From: Macrostomum lignano
Taxonomy: Eukaryota
Assembly (NCBI GenBank): GCA_002269645.1
Contig: NIVC01002094.1
Location: 124,001-188,000, forward strand
DNA length: 64,000 bases
Direction of reading: 5' to 3'
The notes beneath the pieces are model-generated. The model was given only the letters and a program-made list of their open reading frames with translations. It did no database searches and was not told where the DNA came from. Both the position numbers and the translations under genes were made by a program. Of this stretch, positions 12,803-24,909 are shown one piece after another; within the stretch, counting starts at the first letter, position 1, and each line of letters begins with the position of its first letter.

Positions 12803-13585
12803 TCAGCCCCAGCGCCTCAGACAGAACTTGGCACCGAACCACAGGACCGAACCGGCGACAGCGCAGAAGACGGTGTTCAGTGCGACGCTGCTCACAAAAA
12901 TGGTTCGAGTTCGCTGCTGAAACTCGGCCGCATCGTTAACTCTGGGAAACGGCACCCCGGGCACAGGCACGCCCAGGAACTGGCACAGCGGCTCCCAGCC
13001 TTCGGCCACTCGAAACACCAGCAGACGCTCCTTTGGAATGTTTCGAATAACGTCCTCAACGTGACGATCAAATATCCTGATAAGCTCTTCGTCAGTAGCG
13101 TCGAGGTCAAGTCGCAGTCGCTGATCGAACAGCACCTCCTTCAGCTTGACAATGTAGTACAGTCCAATCAGGTGAAGCAGTGGGGTCAGCACCATCTGGA
13201 TCACCTTGGCTAGTCGCAGAACTGTGCCTCTCATGCTAGTTGCCCATCGTTTAGGATCGCGCACGCTCAGCACAAACCTCGCATCCGGATAGATCCTGGC
13301 CAAGTCTTTGTAGAACAAGCAAGCTGGAAAATCTGCGGTAGCTTGGAAACCGCAGAATATTTTGTCAGCCAATTCTCTGGTCAAGCCGTTAGTTGAGGCC
13401 TGGTACCACAGCTTCAGATGCGAACGATTCTCGTGTAGAATATAGTCCATATGGTAGCACCTGCCACCCAACAGGATCTCGAATGCTTTCATCTGCGAGT
13501 TGGTGCCAGTGCGCATCAGGCCTACACTGATCACCTGAAGATTGCTGCGATCCGCGTCCTCAAACTGACGCCTAGTTGACGTCAT
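12803..13585 (-). CDS. Sulfotransferase (Sulfotransfer_4 / SULT-OR-like) copy 1, tail-anchored
   Basis: Contains GLMRTGTNSQMKAFE..CYHM (5'-PAPS loop), ADFP, VRDPKRW..S (3'-phosphate binding) and RLLVFRVAEGWEPLCQFL, then a C-terminal hydrophobic helix followed by RR. Confidence 0.88.
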   Translation of the reverse strand: MTSTRRQFEDADRSNLQVISVGLMRTGTNSQMKAFEILLGGRCYHMDYILHENRSHLKLWYQASTNGLTRELADKIFCGFQATADFPACLFYKDLARIYPDARFVLSVRDPKRWATSMRGTVLRLAKVIQMVLTPLLHLIGLYYIVKLKEVLFDQRLRLDLDATDEELIRIFDRHVEDVIRNIPKERLLVFRVAEGWEPLCQFLGVPVPGVPFPRVNDAAEFQQRTRTIFVSSVALNTVFCAVAGSVLWFGAKFCLRRWG

Positions 13586-14886
13586 GCTCAGTCAGTTTGA
13601 CTGGATGCGAAATCTGAAAGACAGGTTAAAACAGGTCTGTGATAACACTAGTAGATATTGTTCCTGTTTGGACTATAGCTTGTGTTGTTTTTTTGTTTTA
13701 ATTTGCTGACTTCAACTCGAGTTCTAAGGAGTTGAGAACGGCAGAGTGCTCTCCAGAAATGATGCATTAATTAAAAGTCAAAATGTGAATAACCAAATAA
13801 AGAACAAAACAAGCTATACACATATACAATATTTGAGGTATTTTGTCAACTAGATGAACTTTAAACTTTGCTCAAAGGAGTCGGGTTTGAAGAATTGCCT
13901 CAAGAAGATCGCAAAGGCGGTCATGGGTGCGAGAGCTGGACTCTGGGGGGAGAAAAGTATGGAGACACTCACAGAGTTTGAAATGAAATTTTACAGAAGA
14001 ATGCCCACGGCCATGTCGAAATCTTATAAAATCTTACAACCTTGATAATACAATCGAATGCTCATTCTGTTGAGTTAAAAGCCCCGAATTCGAGCCAACT
14101 ACTCGTAGTTCCGATCGCTAGAGTTTGAACAGTAGTAGTAGTATATTAAGCTTTACACTAGACATTTGTGCACTATGAAAATCAAAATCAAAACCAAAAT
14201 CAATTCAAAATAGTCTCGGAATATTAATAAGTTTATTTATCACAAATACAAGCTTCGTAAAAAAGGTTTATATAAATATATACGCTACTAATTCTATTAA
14301 GTGATTATTTATTTAGTAATAAAATTAATCTGAAAATTTAATAAAAATCCACTATACTAAAAATTATAAATCTAAGTCACAACCCATTGTCCTAGAATGC
14401 TTTAATCAAGATAAATTTGTGATATAAAAAATCGATTGATCACAAAAGACCATTAAAACGTTCTACAGTGAAAGCAACAAGGTGTAAAACTTGGATTCAA
14501 CAATATTGAAAAGTCTCAATCTTTGCGAGTGACGCAACTCAGCTACGCCGCGACAGACTTGCGTTGAGGAATGAAGTGGGGGAGCTGTGTGCGAGGGTTG
14601 GACGGATTACGAGAGCTACCCCAATCAGTTTTCTCGTAGATTTTATTTCAGATTAGTCCAAAGAGAAATTGCACTGGCGCATAGAGTGGCGACTTTTCAA
14701 TGTTGCTGAATCTATTATTTAGAAGGCACCTTGTGATTGTCTAAAACTAAATAAAAAGTTGTAACGCCATATAATTCGATGTCTAATATTGAGAAGACAT
14801 AAAAGTGGTAACTCGGAGATTTCTTCCTGCTTTCCGTTTGATTTTATACTTGGCAGCCTGGAATTGAAACCTACAAGTCAAGAAGA

Positions 14887-15675
14887 CTACAGCTGAAGAC
14901 AGCGCTTTACACTGAACCAGACCGCAGCGCCAACAGCAGTACAGAAGGCCACATTCAGAACTGATCCGAAAAGTATAAATGAACCAATTTTACGTTGAAA
15001 TTCTTTGGTATCATTCACGCACGGGAATGGCACGTCCGGCACCGGTACATTCAAGAATTTGCACAAAGGTTCCCAGCCGTCGGTGACTCTGAACACTAAC
15101 AGGCGCTCCTTAGGAATAGTCCGAATCACGGCTTCAGTGTGCCGATCAAAAGCGACAGCAAGTTCCTGGTCAGACACGCCTGGATTCATTCCCATTCTAG
15201 GGAACATTGCAGTTTGCAATTTGTCCATGTAATTGAAGCCAATTAGCCAGGCTATTGGGGGCAGGATGTGTTTGCCAGCCGATTGAGCCTTGTAAACTGT
15301 AGCCCGGACACTCTGCACCCAGCGTTCGGGCTCGCGCAGGCTAAGAATAAATTTGGCTTCAGGATAAATCTGCATCAACTCCGAATAGAAGTGAGCAGCT
15401 GGAAAGTCTGTGCAAGCTCGAAATTCGCTTAACATTTCGTCTGCGAGTTCTTTTGTGAGACCTTCTGTAGCGGCTTTGAGCCACAGTTTCAAATGATGTC
15501 GCTTCTCCTCTATGATCACTTCCATATGGTAGCAGCGGCCGCCAAGCAGAATCTCTAGCGCCTTCATCTGCGAATTGGTGCCAGTTCGCATCAGGCCAGC
15601 ACCAATCACTATGGGGCCTGTTGAAGTTTTCGATGCCATGCAAAATAGCGTTGAAGGCTTTGAGTTGTTAAACAT
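14887..15675 (-). CDS. Sulfotransferase (SULT-OR-like) copy 2, tail-anchored
   Basis: Same motifs (VIGAGLMRTGTNS, CTDFP, LREPERW, GWEPLCKFL); intronless; hydrophobic C-tail. Confidence 0.88.
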   Translation of the reverse strand: MFNNSKPSTLFCMASKTSTGPIVIGAGLMRTGTNSQMKALEILLGGRCYHMEVIIEEKRHHLKLWLKAATEGLTKELADEMLSEFRACTDFPAAHFYSELMQIYPEAKFILSLREPERWVQSVRATVYKAQSAGKHILPPIAWLIGFNYMDKLQTAMFPRMGMNPGVSDQELAVAFDRHTEAVIRTIPKERLLVFRVTDGWEPLCKFLNVPVPDVPFPCVNDTKEFQRKIGSFILFGSVLNVAFCTAVGAAVWFSVKRCLQL

Positions 15676-15714
15676 GCTCTAGTCCCGTTAGCCAAGGCCA
15701 AGGCTAGCACAAAT

Positions 15715-15890
15715 TAGTGCTGGGGTCCTCAGTGTAGGATGAGGCTAATTGGTGTTGGGGTCCTCAGTGTAGGATGAGGCTAATTGGTGTTGGGGTCCTC
15801 AGTGTAGGATGAGGCTAATTGGTGTTGGGGTCCTCAGTGTAGGATGAGGCTAATTGGTGTTGGGGTCCTCAGTGTAGGATGTGGGTCATT
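15715..15890. repeat. 35-bp tandem repeat, 4-5 copies, just upstream of sulfotransferase copy 2
   Basis: Unit AATTGGTGTTGGGGTCCTCAGTGTAGGATGAGGCT. Confidence 0.9.
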
Positions 15891-16882
15891 AGTGTAGACT
15901 GTGGGCGCTTGCAAATTTCTTAACTACCCTAAAAGAAACAAAATTTAACAAGTTTAAAAAAGACTGCAAATAAATATAATAAATAGTTTAATGTATTGAA
16001 CAGAGTGTCTATCTGTGTTAAAACGGACGCTAAAAAACTCTCTGAGTTAAACGGCATCATTCAAACAAAATTGCTAAAATCAGTTAACCATGCATAAAAA
16101 TAAGCTCACTCCATCGAACGAATTTAAAACAATTTGCTAAATAAATAAATATATAGAAGTTTGTGCGAGTCTAATATAGAAGCAATGATAAAAAACAGAC
16201 TACAGACGAGAGTCTAAAAATCTTGTTAAACTTTAGCACAAGGACTACTCAAGCAAGGAATAGCAATTCTCTGTTGTCAGGACCAAAAAAATCATGAATT
16301 CCACCTCTCTACAAAATTCCAAAATTATATAAAAACTTGGCATATGTAGCAGATAATTTATTTGATTCATTAAATAGCCAATTAATTTGCAAACTCTAAT
16401 TCATGGTCTGAGTCCAAATCGACAAAAAAAATTGTCAGATTGGCGTACTATAAACGTAGAGTCGAGACACCCAAATCTAGGTAATTTTCTTTGAGCTTTA
16501 ATGGAATATCAGACTAGCTTTGATAATTCTGTTATTTTGTTAAATCACCTTGACAATGAAACTGTGACCTGGAGTCATTTCATAGCACAATCTTTCTAAC
16601 TTGTTTGTGCGATTGTCATCAAATGTAATCAACCAAACGCATATGAATCCTCTTATGTACATATTCAATAACTCCACGACTCAAACTCTTCTCTTCTAGT
16701 ATCACATAGTTTTTATCCGACTGTACCGACACGTTATCAATGGTAGTCAAAAAAGTCAAAAATCAAAGTCTACCCAGATGGCGAAACAACCTCGGACCCA
16801 GCGCAGGTTGGTTTCAAATCAAATCGTCTACAAGTCCAGAAGTTGAGGACGGAAACTTCAGATAAATCGGAAGCCGCTTAAC

Positions 16883-17671
16883 TTAAAAATACTTTCTCAG
16901 GCAGTATTTGGCCCCAAACCAAGCAGCAGAGCCGACAGCGGCATAAAAGCCGGCATTGAGTACAACGCCAGCAACTCGAACAATCTGAGTCCTGCGTCGG
17001 AACTGCTTCGTGTCGTTCACATTCGGAAACGGCACATCCGGCACGGGCAAGCCTAAAAACTTGCACAATGGTTCCCAACCGTCAGACACTTGAAATACCA
17101 ACAGTCTGTCCTTAGGAATTGTCTGCTTGACAGCTTCAACGTGTCATTCGTACGCAGCGATCATCTCTTGCTCGGACATGTCAAACCGGAAGCCCAGACG
17201 CTGCTCAAGGATCAAGTCAATGACAGGTACAGAGGAAGACATGCCTAGGAGCCAATCTACTGGTTTCGGAATCTTCAGCTGTACACTTCTCAGCTCGGCA
17301 ATGGTGCTGCGAACGCTTACAACCCAACGTTTGGGATCTCGAATGCTGAGTACAAACTTTGCGTTGGGATAAATCTTCATCAATTCTGGATAGAAGTGAG
17401 CAGCTGGAAAGTCTGTCGAAGCTCGAAAATCGCCCAGAATCTTTTCAGCAAGCTCTTTGGTTAAACCACCCTTGGCGGCCTGGTACCAAAGCTTCAGATC
17501 ATTTCTTCGCTCTTTCGCAATCACCTCCATATGGTAGCAGCGGCCGCCAAGCAGAATCTCCAGCGCCTTCATCTGCGAATTGGTGCCAGTTCGCATTAGG
17601 CCGGCGCCAATCACTACGGGGCCTGAGGCAGCCTGCTCCTGCGGTGCGCCAGCTCGAAGCATATTAGACAT
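16883..17671 (-). pseudogene. Sulfotransferase copy 3 with an in-frame nonsense codon (TGA at 17144-17146)
   Basis: The reading YE*HVEAVKQTIPKDRLLVFQVSDGWEPL continues in frame to a normal tail anchor. All paralogues have Arg (xRH) at this position, consistent with CGA>TGA. It could be a null allele or a base error. Confidence 0.8.
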
Positions 17672-18777
17672 TCCAATCGAATCAGGAATGCAGTCAAATT
17701 TAGCCAAATAACCGTTGTGACAAAAAATACCGTTCTATAAATAATAAGTTTCAGTCCTTTTAGAAAACAAGTGTTTCCATCCGGGTACTTCTTATTTTAT
17801 TAATTATCAAGTGCTTCACAGGTGCCTAATGTCTGCGCATAGGGCAAGGACTACTCAAATAGGACAGGAAACAACGTTTTCCTGGAAAATTTCCGAAGGC
17901 AGATTTTTCAGAAAAAAATGCATTACGAAGATAAGAGGTTTTCATTTTTTCAGCACAAGAATCGTTATTGCTTTTGATATGTTGTGCCTTTATTATATGT
18001 CTATTGATAGTCAATTTAAAGCCTTTTTTAAGAAAATTATGATTCCATGTTAATTTTTTATTTTACGTACATTCTATATATTAAGAATGAAAAAATGCAT
18101 GGCACAGCTCGGCTCATTGGTTTTATCAATCTATTTTAACATCTCTGTTACACATTGTTACAGTCAGCTAAGAATGACAAGTACGCTTTCTTATTTTTAG
18201 GAACTGGATGGACATGTAATTAGGCTAAAAATTAACATAGAACCTTAATCTCCTTAACTAAAAGCTTTATGAATACCAATAGAGCTATAAGAAAGGCAAA
18301 GCATATCAAAAGATGAACACTGGGCCTGCCTACTATCAAAAGCAATAACACAATTTTTACGCTAGAAAACGTCAAACCCTTACCTATAACTGTAATATAT
18401 TTTGGTCGGTAACTGGTCGGTAATATTATATTATATTATATATAATGGTCAGTTACCGACACACTTATTGGGCTTTAACTTAGTGCAAAAAAGAGAAAGA
18501 AAACGCCTAATGTGACAAAGTTATGAAAGGCAAATTTATTGAAATTGTAATAAAACTCGCAACAGGTCAGCTGTGCAAATAATTTTCGCTAGTTGTAAAA
18601 TTTCGTTACATAATCTAAAATTGTTGTGAAATTTGTTAAAATTAAACAAAATGAAAAGCGTTCAAATAAAACTACAAGAAAACTTTTTAAGAGAGTTCTT
18701 TTCAACCGTAAGTTTCGAAATCTATACTTTTAGCAATGTAAAATCACATTTATTGAGAGTTAATAAATTAGCTTAAG

Positions 18778-21700
18778 AAGCCTTCTATTGTATCGGTCAA
18801 GCAAACCTACGCAGACAGCACTTCACACCGAACCAGCAGCCTTCTATTGTATAGGTCAGGCAAACCTACGCAGACAGCACTTCACACCGAACCAGCAGCC
18901 TTCTATTGTATAGGTCAAGCAAACCTACGCAGACAGCACTTCAGACCAAACCAGCAGCCTTCTATTGTATAGGTCAAGCAAACCTACGCAGACAGCACTT
19001 CAGACCAAACCAGCAGCCTTCTATTGTATAGGTCAAGCAAACCTACGCAGACAGCACTTCACACCGAACCAGCAGCCTTCTATTGTATAGGTCAAGCAAA
19101 CCTACGCAGACAGCACTTCAGACCAAACCAGCAGCCTTCTATTGTATCGGTCAAGCAAACCTACGCAGACAGCACTTCAGACCAAACCAGCAGCCTTCTA
19201 TTGTATCGGTCAAGCAAACCTACGCAGACAGCACTTCAGACCGAACCAGCAGCCTTCTATTGTATAGGTCAAGCAAACCTACGCAGACAGCACTTCACAC
19301 CGAACCAGCAGCCTTCTATTGTATAGGTCAGGCAAACCTACGCAGACAGCACTTCACACCGAACCAGCAGCCTTCTATTGTATAGGTCAGGCAAACCTAC
19401 GCAGACAGCACTTCAGACCAAACCAGCAGCCTTCTATTGTATAGGTCAAGCAAACCTACGCAGACAGCACTTCACACCGAACCAGCAGCCTTCTATTGTA
19501 TAGGTCAAGCAAACCTACGCAGACAGCACTTCAGACCAAACCAGCAGCCTTCTATTGTATAGGTCAAGCAAACCTACGCAGACAGCACTTCAGACCAAAC
19601 CAGCAGCCTTCTATTGTATAGGTCAAGCAAACCTACGCAGACAGCACTTCAGACCAAACCAGCAGCCTTCTATTGTATAGGTCAAGCAAACCTACGCAGA
19701 CAGCACTTCAGACCAAACCAGCAGCCTTCATATTGTATCGGTCAAGCAAACCTACGCAGACAGCACTTCACACCGAACCAGCAGCCTTCTATTGTATAGG
19801 TCAAGCAAACCTACGCAGACAGCACTTCAGACCAAACAAGCAGCCTTCTATTGTATAGGTCAAGCAAACCTACGCAGACAGCACTTCAGACCAAACCAGC
19901 AGCCTTCTATTGTATAGGTCAGGCAAACCTACGCAGACAGCACTTCACACCGAACCAGCAGCCTTCTATTGTATAGGTCAGGCAAACCTACGCAGACAGC
20001 ACTTCAGACCAAACCAGCAGCCTTCTATTGTATAGGTCAAGCAAACCTACGCAGACAGCACTTCACACCGAACCAGCAGCCTTCTATTGTATAGGTCAAG
20101 CAAACCTACGCAGACAGCACTTCAGACCAAACCAGCAGCCTTCTATTGTATAGGTCAAGCAAACCTACGCAGACAGCACTTCAGACCAAACCAGCAGCCT
20201 TCTATTGTATAGGTCAAGCAAACCTACGCAGACAGCACTTCAGACCAAACCAGCAGCCTTCTATTGTATAGGTCAAGCAAACCTACGCAGACAGCACTTC
20301 AGACCAAACCAGCAGCCTTCATATTGTATCGGTCAAGCAAACCTACGCAGACAGCACTTCACACCGAACCAGCAGCCTTCTATTGTATAGGTCAAGCAAA
20401 CCTACGCAGACAGCACTTCAGACCAAACCAGCAGCCTTCTATTGTATAGGTCAAGCAAACCTACGCAGACAGCACTTCAGACCAAACCAGCAGCCTTCTA
20501 TTGTATAGGTCAGGCAAACCTACGCAGACAGCACTTCACACCGAACCAGCAGCCTTCTATTGTATAGGTCAGGCAAACCTACGCAGACAGCACTTCAGAC
20601 CAAACCAGCAGCCTTCTATTGTATAGGTCAAGCAAACCTACGCAGACAGCACTTCAGACCAAACCAGCAGCCTTCTATTGTATAGGTCAAGCAAACCTAC
20701 GCAGACAGCACTTCAGACCAAACCAGCAGCCTTCTATTGTATAGGTCAAGCAAACCTACGCAGACAGCACTTCAGACCAAACCAGCAGCCTTCTATTGTA
20801 TAGGTCAAGCAAACCTACGCAGACAGCACTTCAGACCAAACCAGCAGCCTTCATATTGTATCGGTCAAGCAAACCTACGCAGACAGCACTTCACACCGAA
20901 CCAGCAGCCTTCTATTGTATAGGTCAAGCAAACCTACGCAGACAGCACTTCAGACCAAACCAGCAGCCTTCTATTGTATAGGTCAAGCAAACCTACGCAG
21001 ACAGCACTTCAGACCAAACCAGCAGCCTTCTATTGTATAGGTCAAGCAAACCTACGCAGACAGCACTTCACACCGAACCAGCAGCCTTCTATTGTATAGG
21101 TCAAGCAAACCTACGCAGACAGCACTTCACACCGAACCAGCAGCCTTCTATTGTATAGGTCAAGCAAACCTACGCAGACAGCACTTCAGACCAAACCAGC
21201 AGCCTTCTATTGTATAGGTCAAGCAAACCTACGCAGACAGCACTTCACACCGAACCAGCAGCCTTCTATTGTATAGGTCAAGCAAACCTACGCAGACAGC
21301 ACTTCACACCGAACCAGCAGCCTTCTATTGTATCGGTCAAGCAAACCTACGCAGACAGCACTTCAGACCGAACCAGCAGCCTTCTATTGTATAGGTCAGG
21401 CAAACCTACGCAGACAGCACTTCAGACCGAACCAGCAGCCTTCTATTGTATAGGTCAGGCAAACCTACGCAGACAGCACTTCAGACCAAACCAGCAGCCT
21501 TCTATTGTATAGGTCAAGCAAACCTACGCAGACAGCACTTCAGACCAAACCAGCAGCCTTCTATTGTATAGGTCAAGCAAACCTACGCAGACAGCACTTC
21601 AGACCGAACCAGCAGCCTTCTATTGTATAGGTCAAGCAAACCTACGCAGACAGCACTTCAGACCAAACCAGCAGCCTTCTATTGTATAGGTCAAGCAAAC

Positions 21701-21848
21701 CTACGCAGACAGCACTTCAGACCAAACCAGCAGCCTTCTATTGTATAGGTCAAGCAAACCTACGCAGACAGCACTTCAGACCGAACCAGCAGCATTCATA
21801 TTGTATCGGTCAAGCAAATCTACGCAGACAGCACTTCAGACCAAACCA
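18778..21848. repeat. 59-bp minisatellite, about 52 copies, derived from the 3' end of sulfotransferase copy 4
   Basis: The minus-strand unit reads TGG TTT GGT CTG AAG TGC TGT CTG CGT AGG TTT GCT TGA plus about 20 nt, i.e. WFGLKCCLRRFA*. The last unit is the gene's own C-terminus. Confidence 0.95.
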
Positions 21849-22586
21849 GACAGCAAGGCCCACAGCCGAGCAGAAGCCGAAATTAGCAAGAGCACTAATT
21901 GTGTAAAAGCCAATGGCTTTCTTCTGAAATTCAGCAGTATCATTCACATTTGGAAACGGTACATCGGGTACCGGCAGCTCCAGGAAGTTGCACAATGGTT
22001 CCCAACCATCCGAAACTCGAAACACTAACAGTCGCTCTTTGGGAATAGTTCGAATCACCGCCTCGGTGTGACGGTTAAACGCTTCAATCAATTCTTTGTC
22101 TGTCATGTCCACTCGAATACCCAATCGCGAGTCGAAGATGTTGTGATGCAACGGCAGAAAGTAGGTCAGATTGAGAAGCCACAACGATGGGGCCAGCATA
22201 CAACCCATAGCCTTCATACCCTTAAAGATGGTACTGCGAACGCTCTCAACCCATCGTTGGGGATCGCGAACGCTCAGCACAAACTTGGCATTGGGATAAA
22301 TCTTGAGTAGCTCAGGATAGAAAGCCGCTACAGGAAAGTCTGTTGTAGCAACAAAACCGTCAAAGATTTGGTCAGCCAGCTGTTTTGTTAAACCCTCTTT
22401 GGCAGCCTGATTCCACAGCTTCAAGTGGTGTCGCTTCTGTTTCATGATTACGAACATATGGTAGCACCGGCCGCCAAGCAGAATCTCCAGCGCCTTCATC
22501 TGCGAGTTGGTGCCAGTTCGCATCAGGCCAACACCAAACACCAATGGACCCGTAGTGGACTGTTGCAACTTGCTATCAAGAGACAT
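21810..22586 (-). CDS. Sulfotransferase (SULT-OR-like) copy 4, tail-anchored, 258 aa
   Basis: The first in-frame ATG is at 22586 (MSLDSKLQQSTTGPLVFGVGLMRTGTNS); the ORF track's start at 22688 is a non-ATG codon. All motifs are present. Confidence 0.88.
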   Translation of the reverse strand: MSLDSKLQQSTTGPLVFGVGLMRTGTNSQMKALEILLGGRCYHMFVIMKQKRHHLKLWNQAAKEGLTKQLADQIFDGFVATTDFPVAAFYPELLKIYPNAKFVLSVRDPQRWVESVRSTIFKGMKAMGCMLAPSLWLLNLTYFLPLHHNIFDSRLGIRVDMTDKELIEAFNRHTEAVIRTIPKERLLVFRVSDGWEPLCNFLELPVPDVPFPNVNDTAEFQKKAIGFYTISALANFGFCSAVGLAVWFGLKCCLRRFA

Positions 22587-23677
22587 TGCGCTTGCTTGCG
22601 ATTCAGTTGATGTTAAACAATAAAAAACGATAGCAGAAATAATTGCGCAAAGGTTACGCTTAGCTCTGAGGCACTGTGGTGGTCGCAACTCACACCCACG
22701 GATACTAGAATAACTAGACTAGATGGGCCACTCAGCAAATTTGCGTGTAAGCTACTTTCAGTTCAGTAGCAAGTTACAGGGAAGAATTTTAATGTATTTT
22801 AAAAGACAAGGTTTATTTATTGTCTCTTACACCCCCAAGCTTAAACCCTCAAACTCCACACGGAACCTCTACCCCCGTCCCACCGCCCAATTTTTATTAC
22901 CCTACTCGGTTGTTCCAATCTAAAGCTGCCATGTACATATCAGTGGACTGGCTAATGTACATTATGGCTGAACCAATTAGCAAGCTGTTTACGCCTGCAA
23001 GCTTGGGCTTCTAAACTTATCGAAGTCATTTCAGCTGCCATTATTTTTATAAAATAACGTACGTATTCTTTATTGCTACTGAACTGAAAGTAGAAAGCTG
23101 TTTTACCAAGTATATATGACTGAGTGGCCCATTTAGTTATTCTAGTATCTGTGCTCACACCCAAAAAATTAATTTTCAACTTTTGGAGATAAAAACGTTC
23201 AAGTACGAATGCACTCGTACCAGACTTTTCAAAATCCATTTTTACTTTTATGAAGATTCTAAGATATACAGCTACATTTGAGCTGGGTGACGAACTTGCT
23301 TAAACCCTCGTAACTAACCAAGGCCAACTGTGCTTAACTTAATTCGCTAACACATGGAGGAACAAAACTTCAATGCAAAATGAGTGCTAGCTTGAAAAAA
23401 ATTAGCAAAGAAATAACAAACAGACTAAAGATACACGTTTTATTAGTTTCCATTAGTAACTAGAAATAAAATGGACACGCTGTACTTTTTTTGCAAATTG
23501 TAAACTAAAATAATAACAGTATAGAATGGTATAATACCGTGACTAGGTATAGCAATGGAAATGAATAAATATTAACATATCTAGTGATAAAGAAATGCGC
23601 TAATTATATTGTGGTTTCTTTAAAATAGATTGTAACTATTCAGATTTTTACCGCGTAAAGTATTATTGGTTATTGGG

Positions 23678-24815
23678 ATATTCCTGAAGGATGGTTTATG
23701 GGATATTCCTGAAGGATGGTTTATGGGAGAATCCTGAAGGATGGTTTATGGGAGATTTTTGAAGGATGGTTTATGGGAGAATCCTGAAGGATGGTTTATG
23801 GGAGAATCCTAAAGGATGGTTTATGGGAGAATCCTGAAGGATGGTTTATGGGAGATTTTTGAAGGATGGTTTATGGGATATTCCTGAAGGATGGTTTATG
23901 GGAGATTTTTGAAGGATGATTTATGGGAGAATCCTGAAGGATGGTTTATGGGAGATTTTTGAAGGATGGTTTATGGGAGAATCCTGAAGGATGGTTTATG
24001 GGAGATTTTTGAAGGATGGTTTATGGGAGAATCCTGAAGGATGGTTTATGGGAGATTTTTGAAGGATGGTTTATGGGAGAATCCTGAAGGATGATTTATG
24101 GGAGAATCCTGAAGGATTGTTTATGGGAGATTTTTGAAGGATGATTTATGGGAGAATCCTGAAGGATGATTTATGGGAGAATCCTGAAGGATGGTTTATG
24201 GGAGATTTTTGAAGGATGGTTTATGGGAGAATCCTGAAGGATGATTTATGGGAGAATCCTGAAGGATTGTTTATGGGAGATTTTTGAAAAATGATTTATG
24301 GGAGAATCCTGAAGGATGGTTTATGGGAGAATCCTGAAGGATGGTTTATGGGAGATTTTTGAAGGATGGTTTATGGGAGAATCCTGAAGGATGGTTTATG
24401 GGAGATTTTTGAAGGATGATTTATGGGAGAATCCTGAAGGATGGTTTATGGGAGATTTTTGAAGGATGGTTTATGGGATATTCCTGAAGGATGGTTTATG
24501 GGAGATTTTTGAAGGATGATTTATGGGAGAATCCTGAAGGATGGTTTATGGGAGATTTTTGAAGGATGGTTTATGGGAGAATCCTAAAGGATGGTTTATG
24601 GGAGAATCCTGAAGGATGGTTTATGGGAGATTTTTGAAGGATGGTTTATGGGAGAATCCTGAAGGATTGTTTATGGGAGATTTTTGAAGGATGGTTTATG
24701 GGAGAATCCTAAAGGATGGTTTATGGGAGAATCCTGAAGGATGGTTTATGGGAGATTTTTGAAGGATGGTTTATGGGAGAATCCTGAAGGATGGTTTATG
24801 GGAGAATCATGAAGG
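23678..24815. repeat. 25-bp minisatellite (GAAGGATGGTTTATGGGAGAATCCT / ..GAGATTTTT)n
   Basis: Two alternating unit variants read directly. Confidence 0.95.
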
Positions 24816-24909
24816 ATGACTTATAGTAGATTCTTAAGCCGACAAAGCCAAAAAGAGAGGCAATGCACTTAAGTCGTGAACTTATTGATAAAAAAATATT
24901 TTGCAACTG

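Noticed and set aside
17144-17146. Selenocysteine recoding of the TGA in sulfotransferase copy 3
   Set aside because: The homologous residue is Arg, not Cys, and no SECIS-like element was identified.
18778-21848. CRISPR-like appearance of regular repeats here and elsewhere
   Set aside because: Units are head-to-tail with no unique spacers, there are no cas genes, and the context is eukaryotic with spliced genes.
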